Shown here: in pieces, positions 37,934 through 49,289 of the stretch | Position numbering within the stretch: position 1 is the first letter of the stretch | How the letters are laid out: the number at the start of each line of letters is the position of its first letter | Made by a program: the position numbers and the translations under genes | NCBI GenBank assembly: GCA_003693705.1 | Contig: RBZT01000715.1 | Location: 1 to 55,574, forward strand | Direction of reading: 5' to 3' | From: Polymyxa betae A26-41 | Taxonomy: Eukaryota; Protista; Endomyxa: Phytomyxea | Length of the DNA stretch: 55,574 nt | The notes under the pieces: generated by a model | The model's database searches: none | The model's input: the letters and a program-made list of their open reading frames with translations, nothing else | What the model was told of the DNA's origin: nothing

Positions 37934-38968
37934 TTATTGAAATTGTTGGAGGAAATATCTGAATTCAGATTGTAGGCTGGTGATCGTGATTTCGTGTTCG
38001 GATACACGCCTGAAGAAGGTCGTGCGAACATCTTCGATATCTTTGGTTCCGGTATATGGGTACATGAAACTGATGATAAACACGATTATCGATATTGTTG
38101 AAAGAAGGCTGATGATAACTGCGAGCGATGCCTTTGTTCTAGCTGGAAAATGATCGCCTTTTAACCCAAAAGCCAACTTTGTGGTTAGAATGGACATCAT
38201 AAGAGACACCACAATCAATGTGATCTTTAACAAATTACAACGCTGCCGTTTCTGTTCCTCTTCGAGAAGCTCTCTTTCTGCATCTTTGAGTTCGCTCTGC
38301 TTTTCGAGAAGTAGTCTTTGCTTGTTAGCGAAACTTTCATACAATGACTGTCCTTCTGGGCGCATTCAAGTTCTATCCCGGCTGCTTTCGTAGATATCAA
38401 TGAGAAATGGAAAGACGTGGTTGCTCTCTGGAGCGATGTATAAGCAGTGATTATATGGAGAGATCTTTACCACTTCGGAACGCTGAGGACCTCTCTCGTC
38501 ATTGTCACTCTCAATCACTAGCTTGATTTTCGCTGCCATTGCTTCACCATAAAGCATCTTAAGTGCATTCATATTTGCCTGGATTCTGGAATCGGAATCG
38601 TTGTGTGCAACGACGAAATATACACTGTTAACTCCTGATGTAGCTAATTTAGCAACTTCATCAAGTTGCAGTAAAAATTCGCGGCCGTTTCCTGCTTGAA
38701 ATTCTGGCGTGTCCACAACAGATAGAGTGTTGCCGTTAAAACTCACATCATAGACGACTGTCTCGCGCCCTCTGCGATGGTGCATTTCAGAATCACGATC
38801 AACATGATTCAACAGAAACGACTTCAATGCCCGATTTCGGGCGTGCATTATAATCCTGTTGTCAGCTGAATAGGCGGACAATGACCACTCGTCACCAAAT
38901 GATGCAGCAACAGCAGCCGCTGTGAGGGTGACGATGACGAGACCGGCATGGCTATACTTCAACAACAT
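37934..38968 (-). pseudogene. Signal-peptide AIG1/GIMAP-like pseudo-GTPase + coiled coil + 2 TM, split by one in-frame TGA (38366-38368)
   Basis: FNGNTLSVVDTPEF, SGVNSVYFVV and LKMLYGE fit the AIG1 pattern. ORFs 38366-38968 and 37934-38365 abut in the same frame. Confidence 0.6.
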
Positions 38969-39588
38969 AGAGGTGGCTCATTATGAATGAGGCCGAACCC
39001 CCCTAAAAGGCTATTCGCACAAGTTATGTTACAGAACTCTTCACTTCCTGTCGACGATGCCAGATGCTTATTATGCCATTGCCTAGAACGACTCTTCTCT
39101 AATGGATTCATGGTCGTCGCCTATCCGATTGGTCCGCTGCTATTGACATCTGCGATCCGCGGTCTGAGCTTCAATTTGGTTTCGCTTGCCTAGGCCTCAA
39201 TGGGTTTAGTCAGCTGCGTTAGTGAAATCGAAGGACGCAGCTTGTCAGGATCTGTACGTGAGAGCAACCAGCATGAAACCCGATTTTTTGCTTTGCTCTT
39301 TAACAAACCGTGACGAGCTTGTCGTGCGGCTCTTAGACTCATTATAATTAATATTTAATCCACATCGTGCTACTGTATGTGAAGACAATCTCAAACGATG
39401 TTCGTAGCCGTCAACGTGTCTTTGAAGCTAATTTGATTGCATCCTATGAGCAGCCTGGAGTCTCGAAGCAGGAATGACGCTGTGTGTGCCAAGAATTACA
39501 TTGTTCTCATCATCGGCAAATGTTGAATGACCAGCATTAGGCCACAAAACGAAAGTACGGTGCTAAAGATCGTGCCTGGTCTTTAAAC

Positions 39589-41032
39589 ATGACAATCGCT
39601 GAGCTCGGTCTTCCTGATGCTCAAATCGACTCGTTGGTTGCCGACGTTCTCGGCCCAACTTTGGACTTATCGTATCAGGCATTCGATGACATTAGTCGAT
39701 TCGAACGCTTGGCGCAGGCGTTAGGAAATAGCCGACAAATCTTCGTTCTACATTTGGTCAAAAAAGCCCCAAATCATATCCAGAACGCTTAAACCGAAGT
39801 GTTTAGGCTCGATGCCAGCTGACCCTGGATCATATTGCATTGCTTTCGAAGGCTTTAGCGACCAATCACTCAATTCAAATCCTTGACATTAGCGGATGTG
39901 GCTTACGCGACGATGCTATAGCGGAGTTAACGCCATCGTTGATCAAGATGCCGTTCTTCATTCGTCTATCATTGCAGCACAACGATATCGGTAAAGCAAG
40001 ATTTTAAAAACTTTTCCATTCGGTGGGTTTATGATTATTACCTCTGATATTTTCTCAACTTGCTAAAGCTGTTTTTTTTTTTGAAAGCAATGACTTATAT
40101 GGGTTGTCAGAGGAGGCCGGATCTGCCATGATTGCCTCGGTGATAACAGCAAATTTGGCTCTGAAATCAATTCAATTGGCTGGAAACCCATTCCTGAGCA
40201 ATGCCAATGGACTTTCTATAATCAGTGCTGCTCTGAAATCACGTCCAGAGGTGATTAACGACTGCATCTGGGACGCACCTGCCAAAGTGAAACCGGGCTG
40301 GGATGCTGCCGAAAAGAAATTCCAAAGTATTCCCACTCGAATGAAGTATGCGGCTTTTAAACCGCTAAATATGCAATGGTTCGAATGTAAGTGCAACCAG
40401 AGAATCGATCCTTATAATTGAACTTTCGCGGTGAAGGTGTGAAATCCGGCAGCGTTGTACAGCTGAATAAGTTCCTGAAAGCAAGCGGGCGGGAATTCGA
40501 CCCAGCTGTTGTCCATCCTGAAGGGTTCAATGCCTTGCATGTCGCTGCTGCAAACGGTCATTCGAAACTGGTAAAAGAGCTGCTAAAGGTAACAGCTCGT
40601 GCAGATTATAGCGAGAACTAATGATATTAGTTAGGAATTCCTGCCACAAGCCGAACATTGACATGGCTGGGCGGGGATTCGCAATGGTACAGCATGAGGA
40701 ATGCAGCCGGCAATCTGATTCGGTTTGCGCTGCCACAACGCTCCACGCCAATATACTTCGCTGTCGCTGCTGATGATGGCGTATCGGTGAAAGCCCTGAT
40801 TCAGGCAGGAGAGAAGGCCCAAGAACCGTACGCTTACAGCGTCGGATGGCAATTCTGAATTCTGAACGAATGTTATAGGAATGCAGCAGGATTATGGCCG
40901 CACGATTATGCCACACCAAAGTGTGAGGCTGAACTACCACCCGTGGACAAAGAGAAAGCTAGCAAGGTGGAAGCCAATCGAATCGCCAAGCTTACATCCA
41001 AAGGCGGCGCTAAAAAGAAAGCCAAGAAATAA
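39589..41032 (+). CDS. RNI-like LRR + ankyrin repeat protein (spliced)
   Basis: LDLSYQ, NHSIQILDISGCGL, LSLQHNDI, LKSIQLAGNP; EGFNALHVAAANGH and TPIYFAV; basic tail KGGAKKKAKK. Confidence 0.8.
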
Positions 41033-41215
41033 ATTTGAATATTTACACAATATCGATAAGCTGATACCTCGAATCTCGACAATATCAGGACTCAAAAGCT
41101 TTATCATTTGCATTCCTTTCGAATGAATGCGTTTCGCAAACATCAAATGTCCACATCTGAAAATCCATTTGCATTTTGCAGATAAACCATAAAAAAACGA
41201 CTGAAAAAACCTAGA

Positions 41216-41224
41216 TTAGGGTTT
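41216..41224 (+). promoter_or_regulatory. Telo-box-like motif TTAGGGTTT about 60 bp upstream of the jagunal ATG
   Basis: Motif seen directly; a regulatory role is inferred from plant telo-boxes. Confidence 0.35.
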
Positions 41225-41281
41225 GACGGGTTCGGCGGCCCTGCAAAGATTGCTGCCTATTTAATACAGTATTGATTCAAG

Positions 41282-42059
41282 ATGGCGATGCGAGGGCGGT
41301 TTAGCGGCGCGTCGACGTCCGACGGCTCTGATTACGAGCATCGGCAGACGGTCGCCTCGTACTACAAACAGTCGGCCGCCGCCCGCTCCAGACTTCGTGT
41401 CTTGTTCGCTGTCGACGCCCTGCTAGCCGTCCCTGTCCTGATGGTGGTCGGCCAATCTCGTAAGCCTGCATATTCAATGATCGCCGAATGTGACGATGCC
41501 GAACTGCAGTGATATTGTCGCCGGATGACTATTTGCCAGCTGCTGTCGCAGCACTGGCGATTCTGTCTCAAGGTGCCTTTAATTTCGTTTTCTTTTTCAT
41601 TTCCGTAATTTATTTCTCAGGATTAACGTGGTTCTCGTCGTTCAAGACGCGATCGTGGCGGTTTGTTACAACGATGGCTGTGGCCAGCATCATCTCCAGC
41701 ACGGTTCTCGCTTATACTGGGTATAATCACGATCAGGTTAGACTGAAATGTCGCGTCAATTTTGCTGATTTTTGGTTCTCGATTTCAAGTTTGAGTCGCA
41801 TTCCTGTTCACTATCAAATGTGGCAAACTGGCTAGAAACTGAGTTTTTTAAGAAAAAAAAATCCCATTCTGTATTTGGAATAAGTTTCTCTTGATGTGTT
41901 TGCGTTCAGAATAAAGAGCACAAATGAACGTCTATTTCTGCTCAGGTAATGGCGAAAGGGTCATATGCGCTGATGGCGCTCGCCCATCTAGCTGTTGGCT
42001 TCATCAGTCTGCAGTTGGGGTCAGCATTCCGCAGCGCTGCTGCTCGTTCATCCAAATAA
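41282..42059 (+). CDS. JAGN1: Jagunal homolog (ER membrane protein), about 4 exons
   Basis: N-terminal SDGSDYEHRQTVASYYKQS matches the jagunal signature (TDGSDFxHRxxVAxxY); followed by hydrophobic helices. Confidence 0.85.
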
Positions 42060-42197
42060 AACCATTCCCCCGACAATGATCTTGACCGACAGTCATCCCG
42101 TCCACAACTTCCTTCCGGATTCGTCAGGTTCTTATGGCGTGTCGGAACGGAACCCTGAATTGCAGCAAATCCTCCTAATCGGGGCGACTCACACATC

Positions 42198-42677
42198 ATG
42201 CTGCTGCTAGTCTTGGCCTTCCTAATCGCAGGGCGAACAATATTCGCCAAGCGGTGCGGCCCGGGGTTCGGCGGCTGTTATGGGGCGGGCCCAGACGGCT
42301 TCTTTTATCGCTGCTGTTCCCAATACGGCTTTTGTGGCCCGAAGAACCTCGAGGACCAGCACGACTACTGCCATATTGGCTGCCAGCCTGAGTTTGGAGA
42401 ATGCGGACGACGTCCAGACCCGGGGCACTCCCCGTTCGTTCCGGCGCCGGCTCAGGACAACGGCGGTCGATGCGGCGCCTTGTTCAATGCCCGTTGCCCG
42501 GAAGGATATTGCTGCTCTGGGTCGAACTACTGCGGCGTTGGCCCTGAGTACTGCTCGCCGTCGAATTTCTGTCAGATTGGGTATGGCCAATGTGATGACG
42601 ATTACGTGAATGGCGGGTATGGATATCAGCTCTATGGCGGTGGCGGCCCGCAGCCATATCGGTTCTATGGTCGATAA
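42198..42677 (+). CDS. Secreted chitin-binding protein with two hevein/CBM18 domains and Gly/Tyr-rich tail
   Basis: Signal peptide; RCG..CCSQYGFCG..YC..GCQPEFGEC and RCG..CCSGSNYCG..YC..CQIGYGQC. Confidence 0.93.
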   Translation: MLLLVLAFLIAGRTIFAKRCGPGFGGCYGAGPDGFFYRCCSQYGFCGPKNLEDQHDYCHIGCQPEFGECGRRPDPGHSPFVPAPAQDNGGRCGALFNARCPEGYCCSGSNYCGVGPEYCSPSNFCQIGYGQCDDDYVNGGYGYQLYGGGGPQPYRFYGR

Positions 42678-43206
42678 CCATCACGTTCGGCAACGATTTC
42701 AGATGTCATCCGAAGACGTGTTCTGATCAGATTCGCTTTCGGGGTCTTATCAAACCGTGGTTCGGAGATCACTATAATACATTCCCAATCGTTCAGAAAC
42801 CAGCCTCATAGCTGAGTTCAGACGGAATGAGCCAAGTGTTGTAAATAGCTCAAGATTCGGTATTTGATGTCCAAGAAAAGTCATCCTTGTTGGAATTTCT
42901 GCGATTCTTCCCTGGGTATCCGTATCGCTTGCCTCAAGTTGTTAGGCAACACACAATTCCTCGATCAACTCCAGTTAGGGTTTTTGTTTCAGTTCAGCCC
43001 ACCTGTTGAAGAGCTCGCTCGTGTGGACACGTTCGTGAGCTGCAGTAACTTGGTTAGTTATATCCAAATTGCATGTTCACACGAGCATCCATTCAAATTT
43101 CGGATGATTTCTTCCGGAATTTTTTCTCCAGGTAATTTTTTTCATTGCACATTTACTGCAAAACCGTTATTTATTTGATGTAGTTTCTGATAGTGATTAT
43201 TGAACA

Positions 43207-43217
43207 TTAGGGTTTAG
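43207..43217 (+). repeat. Telomere-like motif TTAGGGTTTAG (another, TTAGGGTTTTT, at 42975-42985)
   Basis: Read directly. Confidence 0.6.
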
Positions 43218-43233
43218 TGTTCATACTACCGTG

Positions 43234-43916
43234 ATGTCGTGGTCGACAGCGGAGTTGAAAGACGACGATCGCCAAGATCGAGGCGAAGCTAGCAGCGGCT
43301 GAGACCAATGGTTGCGAAGCGCTGATCCTTATGTATGGCAAGATGGTTGTGACGCTCGTAGTGCAATTAACAGAAGTCTTCAAGCTTCTGCCAAGACCGA
43401 GTAAATTTCATCCATTGTTTTTCAATGGTTTGTGTTCAATATCGATATATTTTACTCTAGAGGCGCCGTCACTATCACGGCATATAGCTATAGGATACAA
43501 GGAAGCAGCTGGACGAAAATACGCTCGAGAATATCTATCTGTTATCGCCCATCACCTCTATGAGAAATATGATTGTAGGTAGAACGACTGTTTTACTGTT
43601 TTTGAGACATAATTATTCTTTAGTTGAAGCATCCAAACATGGCGTTACGTTTGGAAATGTCCTTTTCGCTCGTAAACATGGTTCAGCAACGCCGCGCGAA
43701 TCGGGGTTGTGCTCATTACAAGAATCTCTTAGCAAAGATGACTGGATGTATTTGAAGGACATGCATAATTATGCCAACCCTCCTCAGTATACGAGCAAAT
43801 TCCATCGGCGACTAATACTGCCGCATGATTTCTACGATCCCAGCAGAGCACTAGCGATTGCAATGGCAGTTGGAGCTATAGCGAATCCAGATGATGTAGA
43901 GATTACTGATTCATGA
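43234..43916 (+). pseudogene. Small 3-exon orphan gene with an apparent early frameshift
   Basis: MSWSTAELK joins TTIAKIEAKLAAAE.. only via a 1-nt shift. Two GT-AG introns link ORFs 43331-43582 and 43560-43916. Confidence 0.4.
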
Positions 43917-44099
43917 GGAGAACGTTTCATCTCCAAGAGTGTCTAATTCCTGCTGATTACTGTTTGTGCTCATGATACATCCCACAGCATTATCATGTGA
44001 ATGTTCGTCGATTATTATTTTTTAGCGTGATCGTATCGAGGACGATGCCCAGTTCACAAAAACATCGAAGGCGACTTCGTGTATTGAAGTCGGTTAGAT

Positions 44100-44950
44100 A
44101 TGACCAATAACTTTGTTGAAATATAAAATGGTACCACTAACGCTCAGTCTTCGCAAATTTATCATGCCAACCGATTCAATTGTTATTCTTGGAGTGCTGA
44201 TTACAACATTCAAGAAGTGAAGATTAGAAGAAATCTTCGGAGAGTTGTGGTAATAGTCACCGAACACGATATTAGGAATTATCATTAAACAAAGAAACAG
44301 CTAAAGCGTCATAGTATAACGCCGATACTATGCATTTTTAGTCCCCACAACGTTCTCAAATAAACGGAGACTTGTCATGACAAATCGAAGGCGAACAGGG
44401 AGCAACGGAGACCTCTCATTGTCTAGACAGTGAGATGAAGGGACAGACATCTTATCCCACTCAGTTATACCTTTCGCTTCACTGATGGACTCATTCTTAT
44501 TGCATTTGGAAAGAGCTGGTTTTATTTGGTCTTCTTTCACTTTTCTGCATATATTTACAAGATATCATGGTGAGGTATACGTCTTTGCCTTTCTTCGAAA
44601 TCCAGAATATTCCTTCCAGCCGAAGTGTTAGCTCATTAAGCAGTATGCTTTGTCATCCAGCCTTCTATCGCCTTGCTATTCAGCATTAACACAAAATCTT
44701 GCGTTATAACTTTCCGATTTTTTTACACTCTGAAACAGATTTTGCAAGTCGCCTTTGCACCAAGTATTTGGAATATTGAATTCACTTTCATCAGTGTTTG
44801 AATGTGCGTGCTAGTCACGACTCAACGCCTCTTGAGCTCCAGCATTGGAGACAAGCTGCACTATGGCCTTCAGCTTGAACTGAACGTGGATGTATTTGCT
44901 TTTCGTTTTCTGAGGAGCTCAGTAGGCACCTCCGATTCTGTTTTCGCGTA
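44100..44950 (-). mobile_element. Possible highly decayed pogo-like transposase remnant
   Basis: Only a weak N-terminal KSKYIHVQFKLKAI HTH-like motif within stop-riddled sequence. Confidence 0.2.
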
Positions 44951-45118
44951 GATTTAGCTCTGAAACAAAAGAACAACACAAATTGATGGAGCTCCTGTGA
45001 CTTCTGCTATATACATTCAATTAAACTAGCTTTTATTATTACAAAAAAATAAAAAAAATCAAATTGTTTTTAGACTTCATAAAAAATTAAACTACACTGG
45101 GGCACTTGGCGATGAAAA

Positions 45119-45237
45119 TTAGGGTTTTAGGGTTTGATCGGAAGGTGACTCAGGATCGATCCCGCAGTCCGACGAGTCAAGACTTCCCTTTCCGGTCAAG
45201 ACTGCCCTTTCCGGTCCCGATCGGACCTTCCGTCGTG
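45119..45237. repeat. Telomere-like repeat joined to a self-complementary ~100-nt element (left copy)
   Basis: TTAGGGTTTTAGGGTTT (45119-45135); CGGAAGGT...ACCTTCCG closing stem; internal 19-bp tandem duplication 45176-45213. Confidence 0.7.
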
Positions 45238-45564
45238 AATATATGGAAATAAATGGACACACTTGATTTCTCTTACATTGTGATACTTCTCGTTTATTAG
45301 AACTTTCACTATCAGCACCACTTCCAAGAGGCGAGTGTTCGCATACATCCCGTGCTTCAGAGGGATTAGGAAGACTGCGTTGCGATAACGTCATCATCGC
45401 TGGAGCAATACACTTGCTTCGACTCATCAGAACCATTCAAGAGAGGCGGGCATAAATGGTCGCTTGCAGGTTCCTCCCAACGATTCTCTTCTGTAACGAT
45501 CTTCTCGTAACGGAGAGGGTCTCACTCGCTCTCACCCTCTCGATATAGGTTGCCCGCATCTTAA

Positions 45565-47450
45565 ATGCGCAACTCCGTGGTTGCGGGCATCTGGTTGCCT
45601 GTGCAGCAGGGTCGTACTCAAATGGCTACAGCTAATCAGTTTGCGCCATTGGAATCCGGACGGGGCAAGGTAATGAAGGTCTGGAATGAGATAGCAGAGC
45701 GATTGGCGAATACTCCAGGATTTGCTTTAAAAAAGGACGGCCCCGGATGTAAAACCAGATTTGAAATTTTTTTTTTGCATCTGCATAGGACAAATAACCA
45801 ACAACCATTGCAGAAATCAGATGTGGTCGAGGAGTACAACGAACGGGAAGTGCTTCTGGATAGTATCGATAGTCGAATGACCGATCACGACGAAAATTAG
45901 GCGGTCACCAACCGTGTAGAGAAAAGAAGGCGCAAGCCAACGAATCGTCTGGAGCAATGCTGCGACGATGCGCGATGGAAGAGTATGTCTCTCCGGAGGA
46001 AAGTAGGGAAGATGATGACACAGATGGCGTCGACATCTTCGATAAATATTCTATCCTCAACAAGCGCCGTGGCCGCAAGCGCAAGGTGCGCGAATCGCCC
46101 ATGCATGCAGGCAATGCTTAGTCTGATTCGGGAGAGCACTGCGAAAATGGACAGCCAGGCCGATCAGAAACTCCAATTGCTAACTCAGCGTTTGGAGTTT
46201 GATCGCCGAGAAGCGCAGCTTCGCAATGAAAGCGATCGTCGTTGTGATGAGTTGATTTTAAAGTTAGCGGAAAAGCTTCTTTAATTATCCATTGAAATGA
46301 ATCCAACATCTCCTCTAAAGAAGGGGGTGATAGTTTGAAATACATTGATATCTGATTCCCTTCAGATCGGATGCATTTGTGGCAGTTAGTCAGCAACACT
46401 GCGACAAGCCACATCTTTCCTATCGGCGTGTGCCGGATCCGCTGCTTTTTGTCGAATTGAAAAACGCCCACAAGTTCTTCAAGCGTCTGAAGCTCCACTC
46501 TACGGCTTCTCTAATGTCTGAATTGAAGGTCGCTTCTTGCGACCCAGGGGCTGCCATCAAATATGGACAGCAAATCCATATTTCGAGCAACCATACGGGT
46601 CATGAATGCGCGACCCTTTGATGCAACTCTCGCAACGGAGGCAGTCGAGAGGCCCCCAGAAATTTTGCTCATGTAGTCACCGTGTTGGAATAAACCTGTT
46701 TGATCGAGCTGAGACTAGCTCAATTTGATCAACGCCCTGTTTGGACTAAATCTCGTCTTCGATTCGTAGCTTTCGACCTCTTCTCTCTAGACCCTCGTTA
46801 TACTGAAGCTCTGTCAAATTCTTATTCTCGTTTTCCTGTATTATCTTCTGTATTATATTCGATTATTTGTTGGTCCATAACAATACTCAGGATCGCCATA
46901 AATACATTTCCGTCAAAAATCTTGGCAAAATGAGATTCGAAAATTCTGCTGTAGACAGCTTTCAGCTAACATTGTCGAATCATGCCTTCTACCTTCCACA
47001 GGGCCAAACATACTGACTCTGTTATTGTTACTCCTTGCCAGTTCAAGCAATGACGACGCGGATGCCTATTATAAACCGCACGCTGCAAATTCTCATACGT
47101 ACTCTGCGGGGTTATCCCGAGACTTGGACGACAAATGTACTGCTTGGTACCGTCGATGAAAGCCCAGCATGAGCGCAAAGGTGCCCCAACAGAATAAACG
47201 TCCGCGCAGTATCGGTCGATGTTTTTCTCAAACCTTAAATTACAACAGAGCTTGATGTCGAGAGTATATGATATCGACAGTTTCAAAATGATGCGAGAGC
47301 AGGTTGAGACAGAGCGACCGAATTCATTCGCCACAGTGAAGAGACGGCTAGGCTCACAGAAGCTACGGCTGTGGCAATCTGTCGTTCAAGCTTGAAACGA
47401 TTGCACCAAGAAATAACGAAGATTCGTGCCTATCTGGCTGTTGTGTAGTG
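45565..47450. mobile_element. Degenerate PIF/Harbinger transposon: Myb/SANT-like gene (+, about 45565-46284) convergent with DDE transposase (-, about 46285-47450)
   Basis: VWNEIAERL..DGPGCKTRF..EEYNERE; transposase FGRS, GAPLRSCWAFIDGTKQYICRP, QRAVYN, HCLNWQGV, YGDP, REAVEWSF, AVLLTNCH, NQISMYF..PPSLEE. Stops and frameshifts present. Confidence 0.9.
46583..46882. mobile_element. 300-bp solo-LTR-like insertion inside the Harbinger transposase
   Basis: Interrupts GDP-EY|GF; flanked by ATATT/ATACT (5-bp TSD with one mismatch); ends ..ATAACA; contains AATAAA. Confidence 0.5.
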
Positions 47451-47524
47451 AGGCTGTCTCACATTGAAGACACCTAGAACAACTGAGTCAATCGATGCTA
47501 ATGATTGATCAGTGATATTAATCC

Positions 47525-47634
47525 ATCGGAAGGTATCCGTGGAGAACCCTAACGTGACAGGGGGAGACCCGAAAGGGCCAAATCGCCACTGGAGGCCCAG
47601 TGGCGGCGGAAACTGCGTGAGTCACCGTCCGGCC
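47525..47634. repeat. Inverted, diverged homolog of the 45137-45237 element (right copy)
   Basis: Its reverse complement shares collinear blocks CGGA(A/C)GGTGACTCA, CGCAGT, GCCCTTTC(C/G)GGTC, ACCTTCCG; contains a 9-bp hairpin at 47584-47605. Confidence 0.65.
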
Positions 47635-49289
47635 TCCGGAAGCCCGGAACTACCCTGGCCGGCCTGGACGAGACCTTGGGGCCTGGAATCTAATTCTACT
47701 AAATCATAATTCAATTGTGCTCTCAATTGTAAAGCCTTTGTTCACGTAGGAGACAAACGACACACTGTCGACGGATCCGTTTGGCATTCAACAATATCCA
47801 ACGCTTTCCAACTTGAAGTCCTTTAAATTGATTGTCAGAGCGTTTGCGGGCAGTGTTCTAACGCCGATTTTCATGCGCAGTGGAGATGAGAAATTTTGGC
47901 GCATCTTTGGTCTGGTACGGTTTTTGCAGACAAAAGAATCTGTCAGCAGCAATGAGAGCAATGAAATTTATGTTGCCGCAGTTGATAGACAAATCAGTGA
48001 TACGAACCCGACGCACCGGTAATTGAAGGGGTGATTCATACAGGCAACGTGACTCAAGATCTCATTTTCGTCTGTGTTTTATCTTCTTTATCAATATACT
48101 AGAATCGGTTACTTACCACTAATAACTGCTTCTTTCGCGTTTCAGCTACTTTTCACATTTTCCACGTGCCCTACTCAAACGAGCTACAGCTAGCTCTCCA
48201 TAGTAGGATCGTAACATTAAGCAACACGATTTAATCTAAAACAATCGTGCAGGTTCTGGAATCACATCATAATATATTTCAAGTTTCATTTTCACATGGA
48301 ACAGGTTTTCAATTGATATTCCTTGTAGTAATATTATACTGGCTGTGTGCGGGCTCTGTTCAATGTCCATATTAATGTCGCCTCTCATTCGAATCATCTA
48401 GCTTCGTTAATTCAACATATCAAGATCCACAAACATGACATTATCGGTATTGCAGTTCTTTAGTTTGGGGCTTGGTTTGTTTTCTATTTGTGTTTTCGGG
48501 CTGGTACGCCATTAATAGGCGATGTATGCGTCACATTTTCCTCTTGTACAGGGGCTGCGAGAACAGCAGCTCGTACTATGCATTATGTAAAACTTCTTCC
48601 ACTTTGAAAGTAGATTCGAATTCACGCTGCTGAAATTCGATTTGAAAGCGTTCATAGCAAACATTCACAAATATCTCAATAACATTGTTTAGTTTCGCTT
48701 TCATAACTCTCAATTATTGTCATCAATAACTTACGACAAAACGCACACTTCAAATGTATTATAGAGTTTATAAGTGTTGATTCCTCTCAATCTTCTGATA
48801 TTATTATCCAGCAATCCCATTTCTAATTCGTCCATCATTATACAGATCCTATTGGTTGTTTTGATATAATCCCAATGCCTCAATTGTTGGGCTACGTGAG
48901 AAAGAGGCGAAGATTCGAGCAGATGAGACCATCGCTCTGTATTAGAAAGAAGAATGAAGAGAGAAGAGAAACTGGACAAGAACACGTGACCTAGCACTCA
49001 GTCACAGGGCAGCAACAAGATCAGAATGCCTGCGGTCCAGTACGGCATCGGCGACAGAGGGGATGGCTGTTGGGTCGAGGTTGCAGGGGTCTGTGACGGG
49101 GTTGTCCACGTCTTCATTTGTCGGTGATGATGGATGGGTCGGGGCAGGGTAGAGTCTTGCTGGTTCGTGCTCATCGAAAAAAGATGTGGTGAACGGGAGA
49201 TGGAGACGCGAGATCGATGGCACACGATCCTTTATTGGTGATTGTAAGTAGAAAAGAAGTTGTCTGGAGTAGGGAGCAAGAAAAAGACT

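Noticed and set aside
47554-47620. HDV-like ribozyme
   Set aside because: A P4-like hairpin exists, but nested P1/P2/P3 and the J4/2 catalytic motif could not be assigned.
47525-47700. Telomerase RNA (AACCCTAAC template plus hairpins)
   Set aside because: The template would specify TTAGGG rather than the T3-4AGGG seen elsewhere; no pseudoknot or Pol III terminator is evident; it lies in a TE island with a second homologous copy.
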